From Minisyncoccota bacterium (GTDB lineage: Bacteria > Patescibacteriota > Microgenomatia > UBA1400 > PJMF01), in contig VFLK01000008.1 of the NCBI GenBank assembly GCA_009885085.1, forward strand, positions 1 through 62,514: 62,514 bases of DNA. The letters run 5' to 3'. Positions 29,745 through 38,524 of this stretch are shown in pieces. A program made the translations under genes and the position numbers. Position 1 is the stretch's first letter, and each line of letters begins with the position of its first letter. The notes beneath the pieces were generated by a model. The model made no database searches. It had not been told where the DNA came from and saw only the letters and a program-made list of their open reading frames with translations.

Positions 29745-30857
29745 CTATCTCAAGAAATTTAGTGGGTTTAGTAATACGCCACCTTGTCGAATTTCAAAGT
29801 GTAAATGCGTACCTGTAGATCTGCCTGTATTTCCCATTTGACCAATTACATCTCCCCTATTTACTCTTTGACCTATTACAACCTGAATCAAGCTTAAATG
29901 TGCATACAAAGTTGAAAACCCATTACCGTGATCAACAATTATTTTATTACCATATCCAGAAGGATCCCAGTTCGCTGCAACAACCGTTCCACTATCAGCT
30001 GCCAAGATAGATCCTCCAGATCTATTAGCTATGTCACTAGCCTTATGATAAAAACTATACGATTGAGTAATTTTTCCAGCTGCTGGCCATACAAAAGAAC
30101 CAAGCGCTGTGACTGATCCTGCATCTGGTGTTTGATAAGAAACTCTAGTTACAACAGGAACTGATTTTATAATTATCACTCCATTTGGAACCATGATATA
30201 TTGCCCAGTTGCCAACTCAAAAGTTTCGTCATTTAGAAATTCATTAAAAGGATAGTCAACAATCACCTGTACTTGAGACTCATCCAAACCATATTTTTTT
30301 CCAACCGAGTAAATTGTTTCACCTCTTTGAACTTTGTGTCTTACTCCATTAATTGGCAAAATATTTAGAGCGTCACCAGGCTTAATTTTGCTTGTGCTGG
30401 TTAAATTGTTTTCCCACAAAATTGTACTTGTATCAAGACTATATCGTTGAGCAATATTTGAAATAGTATCGCCTTCTTCAACAATGTGAATAATAATCTC
30501 TCCTCCTCTAAATAGTCTGACTTCTTCTGCTTGTTGAGTATAAAAATTTGAGCCATAGGCTGTTGAAGTTAAAATACCATTTGATAAATCTTGGTTTTGA
30601 TCATCAGATCCGGAGAACACCACCGGGCCAACGGTAATTGCCAGAAAGATTAAACCAATTGTGCCAAAATGTAAAAATGGACGGACGTATTTTCCTCTTT
30701 TTTTATAAAGCAAATCAACAATTGTGTCTTTGAATAATTCAAATCTAGAAAACCAGCCATACACTCTTTTGCGCATGTATAGTTTTAAAAATTGAAGATA
30801 TGCTGACAGATCTTTAATAAGCTGCGGCACTCTTAATCTAAGAGTAATCTTTACCAT
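29745..30857 (-). CDS. LysM + M23 family peptidoglycan peptidase
   Basis: Two LysM repeats (HIVEEGDTIS, HKVQRGETIY); HKASD, YAHL and STGTHLHFE M23 motifs. Confidence 0.93.
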   Translation of the reverse strand: MVKITLRLRVPQLIKDLSAYLQFLKLYMRKRVYGWFSRFELFKDTIVDLLYKKRGKYVRPFLHFGTIGLIFLAITVGPVVFSGSDDQNQDLSNGILTSTAYGSNFYTQQAEEVRLFRGGEIIIHIVEEGDTISNIAQRYSLDTSTILWENNLTSTSKIKPGDALNILPINGVRHKVQRGETIYSVGKKYGLDESQVQVIVDYPFNEFLNDETFELATGQYIMVPNGVIIIKSVPVVTRVSYQTPDAGSVTALGSFVWPAAGKITQSYSFYHKASDIANRSGGSILAADSGTVVAANWDPSGYGNKIIVDHGNGFSTLYAHLSLIQVVIGQRVNRGDVIGQMGNTGRSTGTHLHFEIRQGGVLLNPLNFLR

Positions 30858-30890
30858 ATTATTAAAAATTATAGCCCAAACTCATCAAAA

Positions 30891-32498
30891 TTACCCATTT
30901 TTGAGAGATGCTAAGAATTCTTTGTTAGTTTTAGTCTTTTTAAGTTGTTGAATTATTGTAGAAGTACGCTTGTCTTTGTCTAGCATATCTAACATTCTAT
31001 GTAATGTTGTAATTGACAAATAATCCATACTATCAATCAAAAGATCGTCTCTTCTTGTTCCAGATTTTTGAACATCAATTGCAGGAAAGATTCTTCTTTC
31101 TGCTAATTTTCTATCCAAATGAACTTCTTGATTGCCTGTACCCTTGAATTCTTCATAAACCAAATCATCCATTCTAGATCCAGTTTCTACCAAGGCAGTT
31201 CCAACGATTGTCAAACTACCATCGACTTCAAAGTTTCTAGCTGCTCCAAAAAATTTCTTTGGAGGAAATAGTGCTGCTGGATCAAATCCACCAGAAAGAG
31301 TTCTTCCAGATGTAGGAATAGATAAATTGTAAGCTCTAGCCAAACGTGTAATTGAATCTAAAAGAATTAAAACATCTTTTCCTTCTTCAACCAATCTTTT
31401 TGCTCTTTCCAATGCAAGCTCAGCAACTCTACATTGATCTTTTGCAGACTCATCAAAATTACTTGCTGCAACCTCTCCTTTACCTTCGGTAATTCTTGCA
31501 ATGTGACGAACAATATCGGTAACTTCTTCAGGTCTCTCTCCAACTAGAACAGCCATGATGTGAATCTCAGGATGATTTCTAGCTACACCAGCTGCAATAT
31601 CTTTAAGTAAATTAGTTTTACCAGCTTTTGGAGGTGAAACGATCAAACTTCTTTGACCTTTGCCAATTGGGGCAATCATGTCAATGATTCTCAATGACAA
31701 CAACTCGGGATCAATTTCTAATTTAATTTTTGAATCAGGGTAAACAGGGGTAAATTTAATAAATTTAGGTCTTTCGACATTTTTTAATTCTTCCGCTGAC
31801 CTACCGTTGACTTCGGTAACTTTGAGCAATCCCCAGAATCTTTCACTATCTTTAGGAGCTCTAGCTGGGCCGGTAATAATATCGCCAGATCTAAGTCTGA
31901 ATCTTCTAATTTGTGAAGTTGAAATGTATGCGTCGAGATCATCTTCGCCCATTAATGTAGCGCGCAAAACTCCATGACCATCTCTTGATAGGTCAAGAAA
32001 ACCAGTGATAACTTTATCACCCTCTTCATTATTTTTTACGAATGAAGGTCTTTTTTGATTATTTTGATTGCTTTGATTGTTTTGACTGCTATAGCCGTTG
32101 CTTAATGGCATTACGGGAACTTTTTTTACATCAATCTTTGCAACTGATGGTGCTGACGTTGGAGCTACTGCTTGAGTTGGTGCTACCGCTGGAGTTGGTA
32201 CTACCGCTGGAGTTGGAGCTACTGCTTGAGTTGGTGCTACCGAAGCTGGAACTACTTCCGTAGTTGAAATTGTTGGTGCAGTTGAAGCAGTATCTGCATC
32301 AGTCGGCATAGATGTTGGAACTGTATCCTCAGGGGTTGGCTCAGATGCTTGGGTCAAAACCGGAGCTGAGACTGGCAAGGATGCAACTTCAGCCGCTGTT
32401 ACCTCGTCAAGTGCTCCGACCGCATCAGTTACTCCTACACTGGCTACTTCTTTAACTGCCTTAACCGCAGCAACTGCTTTTGTTTTTTTCTCCGTCAT
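30891..32498 (-). CDS. rho: Transcription termination factor Rho with long disordered N-terminus
   Basis: PIGKGQRSLIVSPPKAGKT, ERPEEV, DSITRLARAYN, GRTLSGG and EEFKGTGN motifs; likely start MTEKK at 32498. Confidence 0.96.
   Translation of the reverse strand: MTEKKTKAVAAVKAVKEVASVGVTDAVGALDEVTAAEVASLPVSAPVLTQASEPTPEDTVPTSMPTDADTASTAPTISTTEVVPASVAPTQAVAPTPAVVPTPAVAPTQAVAPTSAPSVAKIDVKKVPVMPLSNGYSSQNNQSNQNNQKRPSFVKNNEEGDKVITGFLDLSRDGHGVLRATLMGEDDLDAYISTSQIRRFRLRSGDIITGPARAPKDSERFWGLLKVTEVNGRSAEELKNVERPKFIKFTPVYPDSKIKLEIDPELLSLRIIDMIAPIGKGQRSLIVSPPKAGKTNLLKDIAAGVARNHPEIHIMAVLVGERPEEVTDIVRHIARITEGKGEVAASNFDESAKDQCRVAELALERAKRLVEEGKDVLILLDSITRLARAYNLSIPTSGRTLSGGFDPAALFPPKKFFGAARNFEVDGSLTIVGTALVETGSRMDDLVYEEFKGTGNQEVHLDRKLAERRIFPAIDVQKSGTRRDDLLIDSMDYLSITTLHRMLDMLDKDKRTSTIIQQLKKTKTNKEFLASLKNG
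32150..32250. repeat. 18-bp tandem repeats in the rho N-terminal extension
   Basis: Encodes VAPTQA/VAPTPA/VVPTPA/VAPTQA/VAPTSA. Confidence 0.8.
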
Positions 32499-32749
32499 AA
32501 TTTTTTTGATAATTGATAATAATATATTTAAGAAACTAGTAAGCCCATGGTGAAACAAGTTTTAAAGAATGAAATTCTCAGGGACATAAATTAAGAAAAC
32601 ATGAAGTTGATAGCTATTATTTCAAATAATAGTGAAAAAGTCAAATTTGGAAAAAAAATGATCTATGGCTTGGTTAAAGAAGCCTTCTCTTTATCTTTAG
32701 TCTTTTTTTCTGTAGCAATAATAGCCATAGCTGCGGGTAAACCAAGCTC

Positions 32750-32872
32750 TTATATTAAATCCAGATCAGCTTTTGAATACGTTGGCTCTACAATTGCGGA
32801 ATCTAATGCGGCAGTTACAGCTACGAGTCCAGCTCCTGCTCCTACTGCTGATCCTCTTCCTCCTAATCCCAT
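32750..32872 (-). CDS. Possible 40-aa Gly/Ala-rich small protein or pseudogene fragment
   Basis: MGLGGRGSAVGAGAGLVAVTAALDSAIVEPTYSKADLDLI*, preceded by purine-rich gaagggtggt; the frame stays open for 28 more codons after the TAA. Confidence 0.3.
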   Translation of the reverse strand: MGLGGRGSAVGAGAGLVAVTAALDSAIVEPTYSKADLDLI

Positions 32873-32914
32873 ATAACCACCCTTCTAAAGAAGTTAATAT
32901 GTATCTATTGTATC

Positions 32915-33227
32915 ACTTGAATTAAGAAACTGTGTGGAAGCTCGGTTGCCTGCCCAACTACCGAACCTCCACACAGCATCCTTATTACTCAAGTTATAGC
33001 CAAATTTTACACCCAGTATTTCTAGAAAAATTTCGAGAAATACTTGTTTAAAAATACCTTTCGATATCTTTGTATATACTTAGAAATACAAAGATAGAAT
33101 TTACAACCTGCCTAAAATCAGGTAATCTCATTCTCACATGGTTCTTAAAAGTTTTTAATTAAACGCCATGTGAACAAAAAGAGCATTGTTATTCGTGGTC
33201 TGTCCAGCGATAATAATGCTTTTTTTT
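32915..33227. other. Array of six consecutive hairpins (candidate structured RNA)
   Basis: Stems at 32915-32994, 33015-33044, 33065-33096, 33106-33123, 33134-33173 and 33176-33227; the last ends in a T-run. Confidence 0.5.
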
Positions 33228-33488
33228 ATGCTATTTTTAATTCTACTCTCCCAGTATAACTATATTTAATTAATTAGTCAACCTATAACTTATCGTTTCT
33301 TAAATTTGATACGTCTTATATTTTTATATTTAGTAACTTTATTGAGAGAAATTAATAAGTTATCAACATCATATTTTATATTTTAGTAATTGTTGATAAC
33401 TGCAATTTCGCCTGGTGGAAGAATCGCTACTAATAGATCTACTTCAACCCAATGTACGCCAACTCGAAGAAATGATATACTTCTGCAT

Positions 33489-35678
33489 ATGCCTGCAAAT
33501 CACACTATTTTAGAGCTTAGAACTGGTCGAGACAGCGAGCACACTCCTGAATCTGCTACTCAATTATTTGCATCAATTCCCAACCTTAGAAGTCAGTGGT
33601 ATTGGAAACTACTCAAAAAAGACGAGCGATTAAGTTTTGAGATTATTGTTGAAAATCAAACCATATATTTTCAAATGTATGTTCCAGATAGATTGACTAG
33701 TTACCTAAAAAGCATATTAAGAGCTAGTTATCCTGAAATTCTAATTAATAAAGTTGAGGACGACACCATAGATAGCTTTATCCTCCCTGCCGAAAACTAT
33801 GCCGAAGCCCAAAGTCACTTCTTTGAAATGGGAAGCATGAGGTTGATAAGACCAAATTATTTGCCACTCAAAACATACAAGGATTTCCACGACACCGATC
33901 CAATGTCGACAATTCTTTCTACCCTCTCGAAGCTCCAAGAATATGACCGAGCAGTCATCCAATATGTTTTTGATAAAAGCAATGAACACTGGAAATCTGG
34001 ATCTCCAAGCAGAATAGCAAATACTCAAAGTGAAGATTCACCTTTACAGATCCTAAGTGTACAAAAACAAAAAATCAATAAAAAACTCGACAGCCAATCG
34101 CTAAAAAGCGTCATTAGAATCGCAATCTCCTCAAATGACAAGGCAAGAAGTCGAATATTACTCGAGACAATCAACTCTTCATTCGATTCCGTTTCCGACA
34201 GCGAAGGCAATAGTTTGTCATTAAAAAGAAGATATATGTTTAAGAAGCGTTTTCTTAAAAATATGAAAACTCGGTCTTTTATGTCTTCTCCAAAGTTTCA
34301 TCTGTCTCTAGACGAAACTGCCACGATACTTCATATGCCAAATATGAAGCTTTCAACAATTCCAAATATTGCTTGGGGTAAAAATCTTTTGGGAGAACCA
34401 CCAGAAAATCTTCCTGTTATTACCAAAGACATGGATCCCGAATTAAAAGGCGACATCAATGCCTTTGGCAAAGCATACTATAAAAACAATGATGTGATTT
34501 ATGGCTTAAAACGGAACGATCGTAGAAGACATATGTATGTCATCGGTAAAACTGGTACAGGAAAATCTACCCTTCTAGCAAACATGGCCATCAATGATCT
34601 TAAAAATAATGAAGGCATGTGCGTCATTGACCCGCATGGAGATTTAATAGAGACTATTTTAAACTACATTCCATCAAGAAGAATCAATGACGTTATATAT
34701 TTTGATCCAAGTGAAAAAGACAGAACTGTTAAACTTAATTTATTTGAGGGCGAGAATGTAGCTCATAGAGAATTAATCGCTTCGGGAATTGTTTCTGTTT
34801 TTAAAAAACTTTATGGATATTCATGGGGTCCAAGACTTGAGTACATTTTGCGTAATTCCCTACTCACTTTGTTAAAAGTCGAACAAGCAAGACTTTCTGA
34901 CATTCTAGAACTACTAACTAACAAAAAATTCAGGGACAATATCGTCGAGAAATTAGATGATCCAATTTTAAAAAGCTTTTGGGTTGATGAATATAATAAG
35001 ATGCAAGATAGACAAAGAACCGAAGCTATCGCCTCTATTTTAAATAAAGTTGGTCAATTTGTGTCTTCACCAATCGTAAGAAATATTGTGAACGCTAGAA
35101 AAAGTTCCTTTAGTATTGAAGAAGCCATGAGCACTGGTAAAATCATTTTAGTCAATCTTTCTCAAGGAAAACTTGGAGAGGATAATGCCACTCTGCTCGG
35201 CTCAATGTTAATTACAAAAATTCAATTAGCTGCCATGGCAAGAGTAAATGTTCCCGAAGAAGAGAGAAAAGACTTCTATTTATACGTCGACGAGTTTCAA
35301 AATTTTGCCACAGAATCATTTAGCAAGATTCTTTCAGAGGCCAGAAAATATCGCCTCAATCTAACTCTGGCTAACCAATATATTGCGCAAATTCCAGAGG
35401 AAGTACAAAAAGCTATTTTTGGAAACTGCGGAAGTATGATTAGTTTTGTTATGGGTGCCGAAGATGCTCAAGTCTTTGCCAAAGAATATGGTGATCGGTA
35501 TACACCAGAAGATCTAGTTTCTCTAGAGAGACATCAAATAATCAATAAGCTTTCTATAGATAACATTGTTTCCAAACCATTTCCTGGCCTAACATTAGGT
35601 CTAGCAAAAAGCAGTAACAGTAATAAAGAAAAAGTTATTCAAGTAAGTAGCGAAAGATTTTCTAAAAAAACTGAGTAA
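33489..35678 (+). CDS. VirD4/TraD/TrwB-like type IV coupling ATPase
   Basis: DRRRHMYVIGKTGTGKST, VIDPHGD, YLYVDEFQNF, LSEARKYRL and ANQY motifs; ATG 33489 follows an extended -10. Confidence 0.9.
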   Translation: MPANHTILELRTGRDSEHTPESATQLFASIPNLRSQWYWKLLKKDERLSFEIIVENQTIYFQMYVPDRLTSYLKSILRASYPEILINKVEDDTIDSFILPAENYAEAQSHFFEMGSMRLIRPNYLPLKTYKDFHDTDPMSTILSTLSKLQEYDRAVIQYVFDKSNEHWKSGSPSRIANTQSEDSPLQILSVQKQKINKKLDSQSLKSVIRIAISSNDKARSRILLETINSSFDSVSDSEGNSLSLKRRYMFKKRFLKNMKTRSFMSSPKFHLSLDETATILHMPNMKLSTIPNIAWGKNLLGEPPENLPVITKDMDPELKGDINAFGKAYYKNNDVIYGLKRNDRRRHMYVIGKTGTGKSTLLANMAINDLKNNEGMCVIDPHGDLIETILNYIPSRRINDVIYFDPSEKDRTVKLNLFEGENVAHRELIASGIVSVFKKLYGYSWGPRLEYILRNSLLTLLKVEQARLSDILELLTNKKFRDNIVEKLDDPILKSFWVDEYNKMQDRQRTEAIASILNKVGQFVSSPIVRNIVNARKSSFSIEEAMSTGKIILVNLSQGKLGEDNATLLGSMLITKIQLAAMARVNVPEEERKDFYLYVDEFQNFATESFSKILSEARKYRLNLTLANQYIAQIPEEVQKAIFGNCGSMISFVMGAEDAQVFAKEYGDRYTPEDLVSLERHQIINKLSIDNIVSKPFPGLTLGLAKSSNSNKEKVIQVSSERFSKKTE

Positions 35679-35680
35679 GT

Positions 35681-37060
35681 TTATTTTAATAAACCCAATT
35701 CCTTTAAAACATCTTTAATAGAAGAATGAGTCTTCTTTGAAATCACTTTATTGAAACCAAGCCTCTTAGCTTCTTTAATTCTTCTATCGAGTAAATTTAC
35801 TGATCTAATCTCACCCAAAAGTCCTATCTCACCAATAAAAACTGTTTTTTCTTTTATTGACTTATTTACTAATGAGCTAGTTATAGCTACTGCTAACCCC
35901 AAGTCTAGAGCTGGCTCCTTAACACTAAAGCCCCCTGCAACGCTAGCAAAAATATCATTGTTACTAAGCGGTAATTTGCAATGCTTTTCTAGGACAGCTG
36001 CTAAAACTTGAATTCTGGACAACATTATTCCTCGACCCACTCTTCTCGGCATAGCAAGCTGTGAGCTGACTACTAGACCCTGAATTTCAATTAATAATGG
36101 TCTCGTTCCTTCCATTACGCAAACAGTAGCGCTACCAGGCACACCAACATCAGAATGTTCTAAAAATATCTCACTTGGATTAGAAACTGATTCAAATCCA
36201 AAATCCCTCATTCGGAAAACTCCGACCTCGTCGGTCGCTCCAAAACGGTTTTTTACAGCTCTAAGTATTCTCAAGTCCCCTGTTCTATCGCCACTCAGCT
36301 CTAGTACTGAGTCAACAATGTGTTCAAGTACTTTTGGTCCTGAGATTGTTCCTTCTTTAGTTACATGACCCACTAGAAAGATTGGAATATTTAAACTTTT
36401 GGCTAGAGTCGTCAATCTTTCGGCACATTCGCGAACTTGTCCAACACTACCTGCGCTACCAGCCAAATCAAAAGTTGTCAGAGTTTGTATGCTATCTACT
36501 ACCACGACTACTGGCTTAATTTTTTTTATTGCCTTCGCAATTGAGTCAACGTTTGTAGATGAAATAAAAACCATGTTATCTTGATTATAATTATTTTCTT
36601 TTAATCTATTAATTCTAAGAGCAATTTGCGCTGGGTTTTCCTCACCACATACATACGCAATTTTATTATTAGAGATATCTCTATTTTTACTATTAGCCAA
36701 CATGCTAACAACAACCTGAGTCAACAATGTAGACTTACCAATTCCTGGCTCACCACCAATCAGCATTACAGCCCCATTAACCATGCCACGATTTGGCTCT
36801 TCTCCCCCCAAAACCCTATCGAACTCATCAATGAAAGTTGAAAGACGCGCTTTTGAGGATTCTAGAGCGTCGACTTGAGAAAGAGAAACAGTAAAATCTG
36901 AAATATCTTCGGATGATTTGATTTCTTTACCAGTCTTACTAACTTCGGACATTTCCTCTACCAAAGTATTCCAACTATTGCACCCCTGGCACTGTCCAAC
37001 CCAACGAAGGGCCGACCAGCCACAATTTTGACACACATATACGCTGGATTTTTTGGACAT
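35681..37060 (-). CDS. radA: DNA repair protein RadA/Sms
   Basis: CQNC...CQGC zinc finger, GEPGIGKST, KNRFG motif, Lon-like C-terminus. Confidence 0.96.
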   Translation of the reverse strand: MSKKSSVYVCQNCGWSALRWVGQCQGCNSWNTLVEEMSEVSKTGKEIKSSEDISDFTVSLSQVDALESSKARLSTFIDEFDRVLGGEEPNRGMVNGAVMLIGGEPGIGKSTLLTQVVVSMLANSKNRDISNNKIAYVCGEENPAQIALRINRLKENNYNQDNMVFISSTNVDSIAKAIKKIKPVVVVVDSIQTLTTFDLAGSAGSVGQVRECAERLTTLAKSLNIPIFLVGHVTKEGTISGPKVLEHIVDSVLELSGDRTGDLRILRAVKNRFGATDEVGVFRMRDFGFESVSNPSEIFLEHSDVGVPGSATVCVMEGTRPLLIEIQGLVVSSQLAMPRRVGRGIMLSRIQVLAAVLEKHCKLPLSNNDIFASVAGGFSVKEPALDLGLAVAITSSLVNKSIKEKTVFIGEIGLLGEIRSVNLLDRRIKEAKRLGFNKVISKKTHSSIKDVLKELGLLK

Positions 37061-37602
37061 TAGGAATCTCCATTTATAATTTTTGTAGAAGATATTTCTG
37101 GATTCTGTTGATAAACAATTACTAACTCACCATCAACCATATTCATAATAATTTGCTTTTCATCCAAGTGAGCCGTGTGAGAAGAAACTGCTAAATACTT
37201 TGGCATAATGGTTTTAATCAACTTAAGGTGATCTTCTGACTTATTAAAATTATCAGGCAAAACAAAAATATTTTCCGTTATATTAAGTTTAAGCAAATTT
37301 TCAACTCTTATATCCTGATGATTAACAGGTCTTTGACTTCCTTTTATTGCTTTTACTCTTGAGTCGGACTCTACTCCAATTATTAAAACATCCCCAAGTT
37401 CTTTTGCCTTACTTAAAAAGTTTTGATGTTCAAAATGAAGAACATCAAAAACACCAGTGACCAAAACCACACATTTTGATTCGGCCTTACTAGTTTTAAT
37501 AGTTTCTAAAATATGTTTTGGTAAATCGGATGGAGAATTGGCTTGATTGCTTTGCACAGAAATCATTCTAACCTCCGACGCGATTGGGTACAAGTCATAC
37601 AA
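37060..37602 (-). CDS. Cytidylyltransferase/adenylyltransferase-like protein (RfaE domain II-like)
   Basis: TGVFDVLHFEH, KGSQRP and ISSTKII motifs. Confidence 0.85.
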   Translation of the reverse strand: MYDLYPIASEVRMISVQSNQANSPSDLPKHILETIKTSKAESKCVVLVTGVFDVLHFEHQNFLSKAKELGDVLIIGVESDSRVKAIKGSQRPVNHQDIRVENLLKLNITENIFVLPDNFNKSEDHLKLIKTIMPKYLAVSSHTAHLDEKQIIMNMVDGELVIVYQQNPEISSTKIINGDS

Positions 37603-38512
37603 TTACCTTATACTTTCTGAACCACCTTCCAAGAAGCTGCCTCTTGGTATCTCTTGGATGAAAAAATGCGAAATTCTTCTCAACCCTCTCACTCGTCATA
37701 TGAGGCTTCATATATAAATATTGAAGAATAAATAATATGCTATTAAGTCCATTAAGTACAAAATCTAAAAACAAGTTAATATTATTACTTTCAGTATCTA
37801 AAACTAGTGGAATAATTCTTTTTTGATAAATATAATAATTTGGAAGAATTTTTTTAGCCCACATATTTAGATTGAAAAATTTTCTCTTAGTATCTCCTCT
37901 GTCATATGCCCAGACAGCTTGGCAAATTTCAAACGCTCCATACACATTTTTTAATCTAACGGGTAGCTCCAATGACTCCTCATCAAGCCACAAGTTTAAA
38001 CACCACGTATTAGAGAATCTTCCATTCCAAGATCTTTTTCTTCCTTTTGAAAATACAATTAAAACGGCCAAAATTCTAGAAATCCAAAGCCTATTTTTTT
38101 GAGTAATTATCAGAAAATCTATGTCGTCATTCTCAATAACATTGTCAACCGCAAGAGATCCCGTTACCAGAATACCCTTTATCCAAGGAATATGCCTAGC
38201 AATACCAACAAACTCCCCAACTTCAATCCATTTTTTTTGCGAAAATGTTTTTCTTTTAATTCTTGTGTGTATATGTTTGGATGATCCTTTTAAAAAATAG
38301 AAGTCATTTTTGACAAATATTTTTCTTGCAATTACCATTTTAGATAACTCAAACTCCACGTCAGTTAAGGTCAATGAATTTCCTTGCCCCAAAATTCTTA
38401 AAAAAATTTCCTCTTTTTTTAGTGGATATTGAAATTGATCTGTGTATGAAAGAGATAGAATAATCTTATCGCTTAGGCCTTTTCGCATTATCCCATTATA
38501 AGCCCGAGACAT
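37595..38512 (-). CDS. Nucleotidyltransferase-fold hypothetical protein
   Basis: VTGSLA...DDIDFLIIT Pol-beta-type motif; RLW and CLNLWLD. Confidence 0.7.
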   Translation of the reverse strand: MSRAYNGIMRKGLSDKIILSLSYTDQFQYPLKKEEIFLRILGQGNSLTLTDVEFELSKMVIARKIFVKNDFYFLKGSSKHIHTRIKRKTFSQKKWIEVGEFVGIARHIPWIKGILVTGSLAVDNVIENDDIDFLIITQKNRLWISRILAVLIVFSKGRKRSWNGRFSNTWCLNLWLDEESLELPVRLKNVYGAFEICQAVWAYDRGDTKRKFFNLNMWAKKILPNYYIYQKRIIPLVLDTESNNINLFLDFVLNGLNSILFILQYLYMKPHMTSERVEKNFAFFHPRDTKRQLLGRWFRKYKVIV

Positions 38513-38524
38513 GCAGATTCAAGA

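Noticed and set aside
32601..32876. Plus-strand 91-aa ORF
   Set aside because: No recognisable motif; it overlaps the rho upstream region and the opposite-strand small ORF, so it is likely spurious
32915..32994. SRP RNA, tRNA or 6S RNA identity for the long hairpin
   Set aside because: Lacks the SRP domain IV GGAA/AGCAG motif and a cloverleaf; too short for 6S
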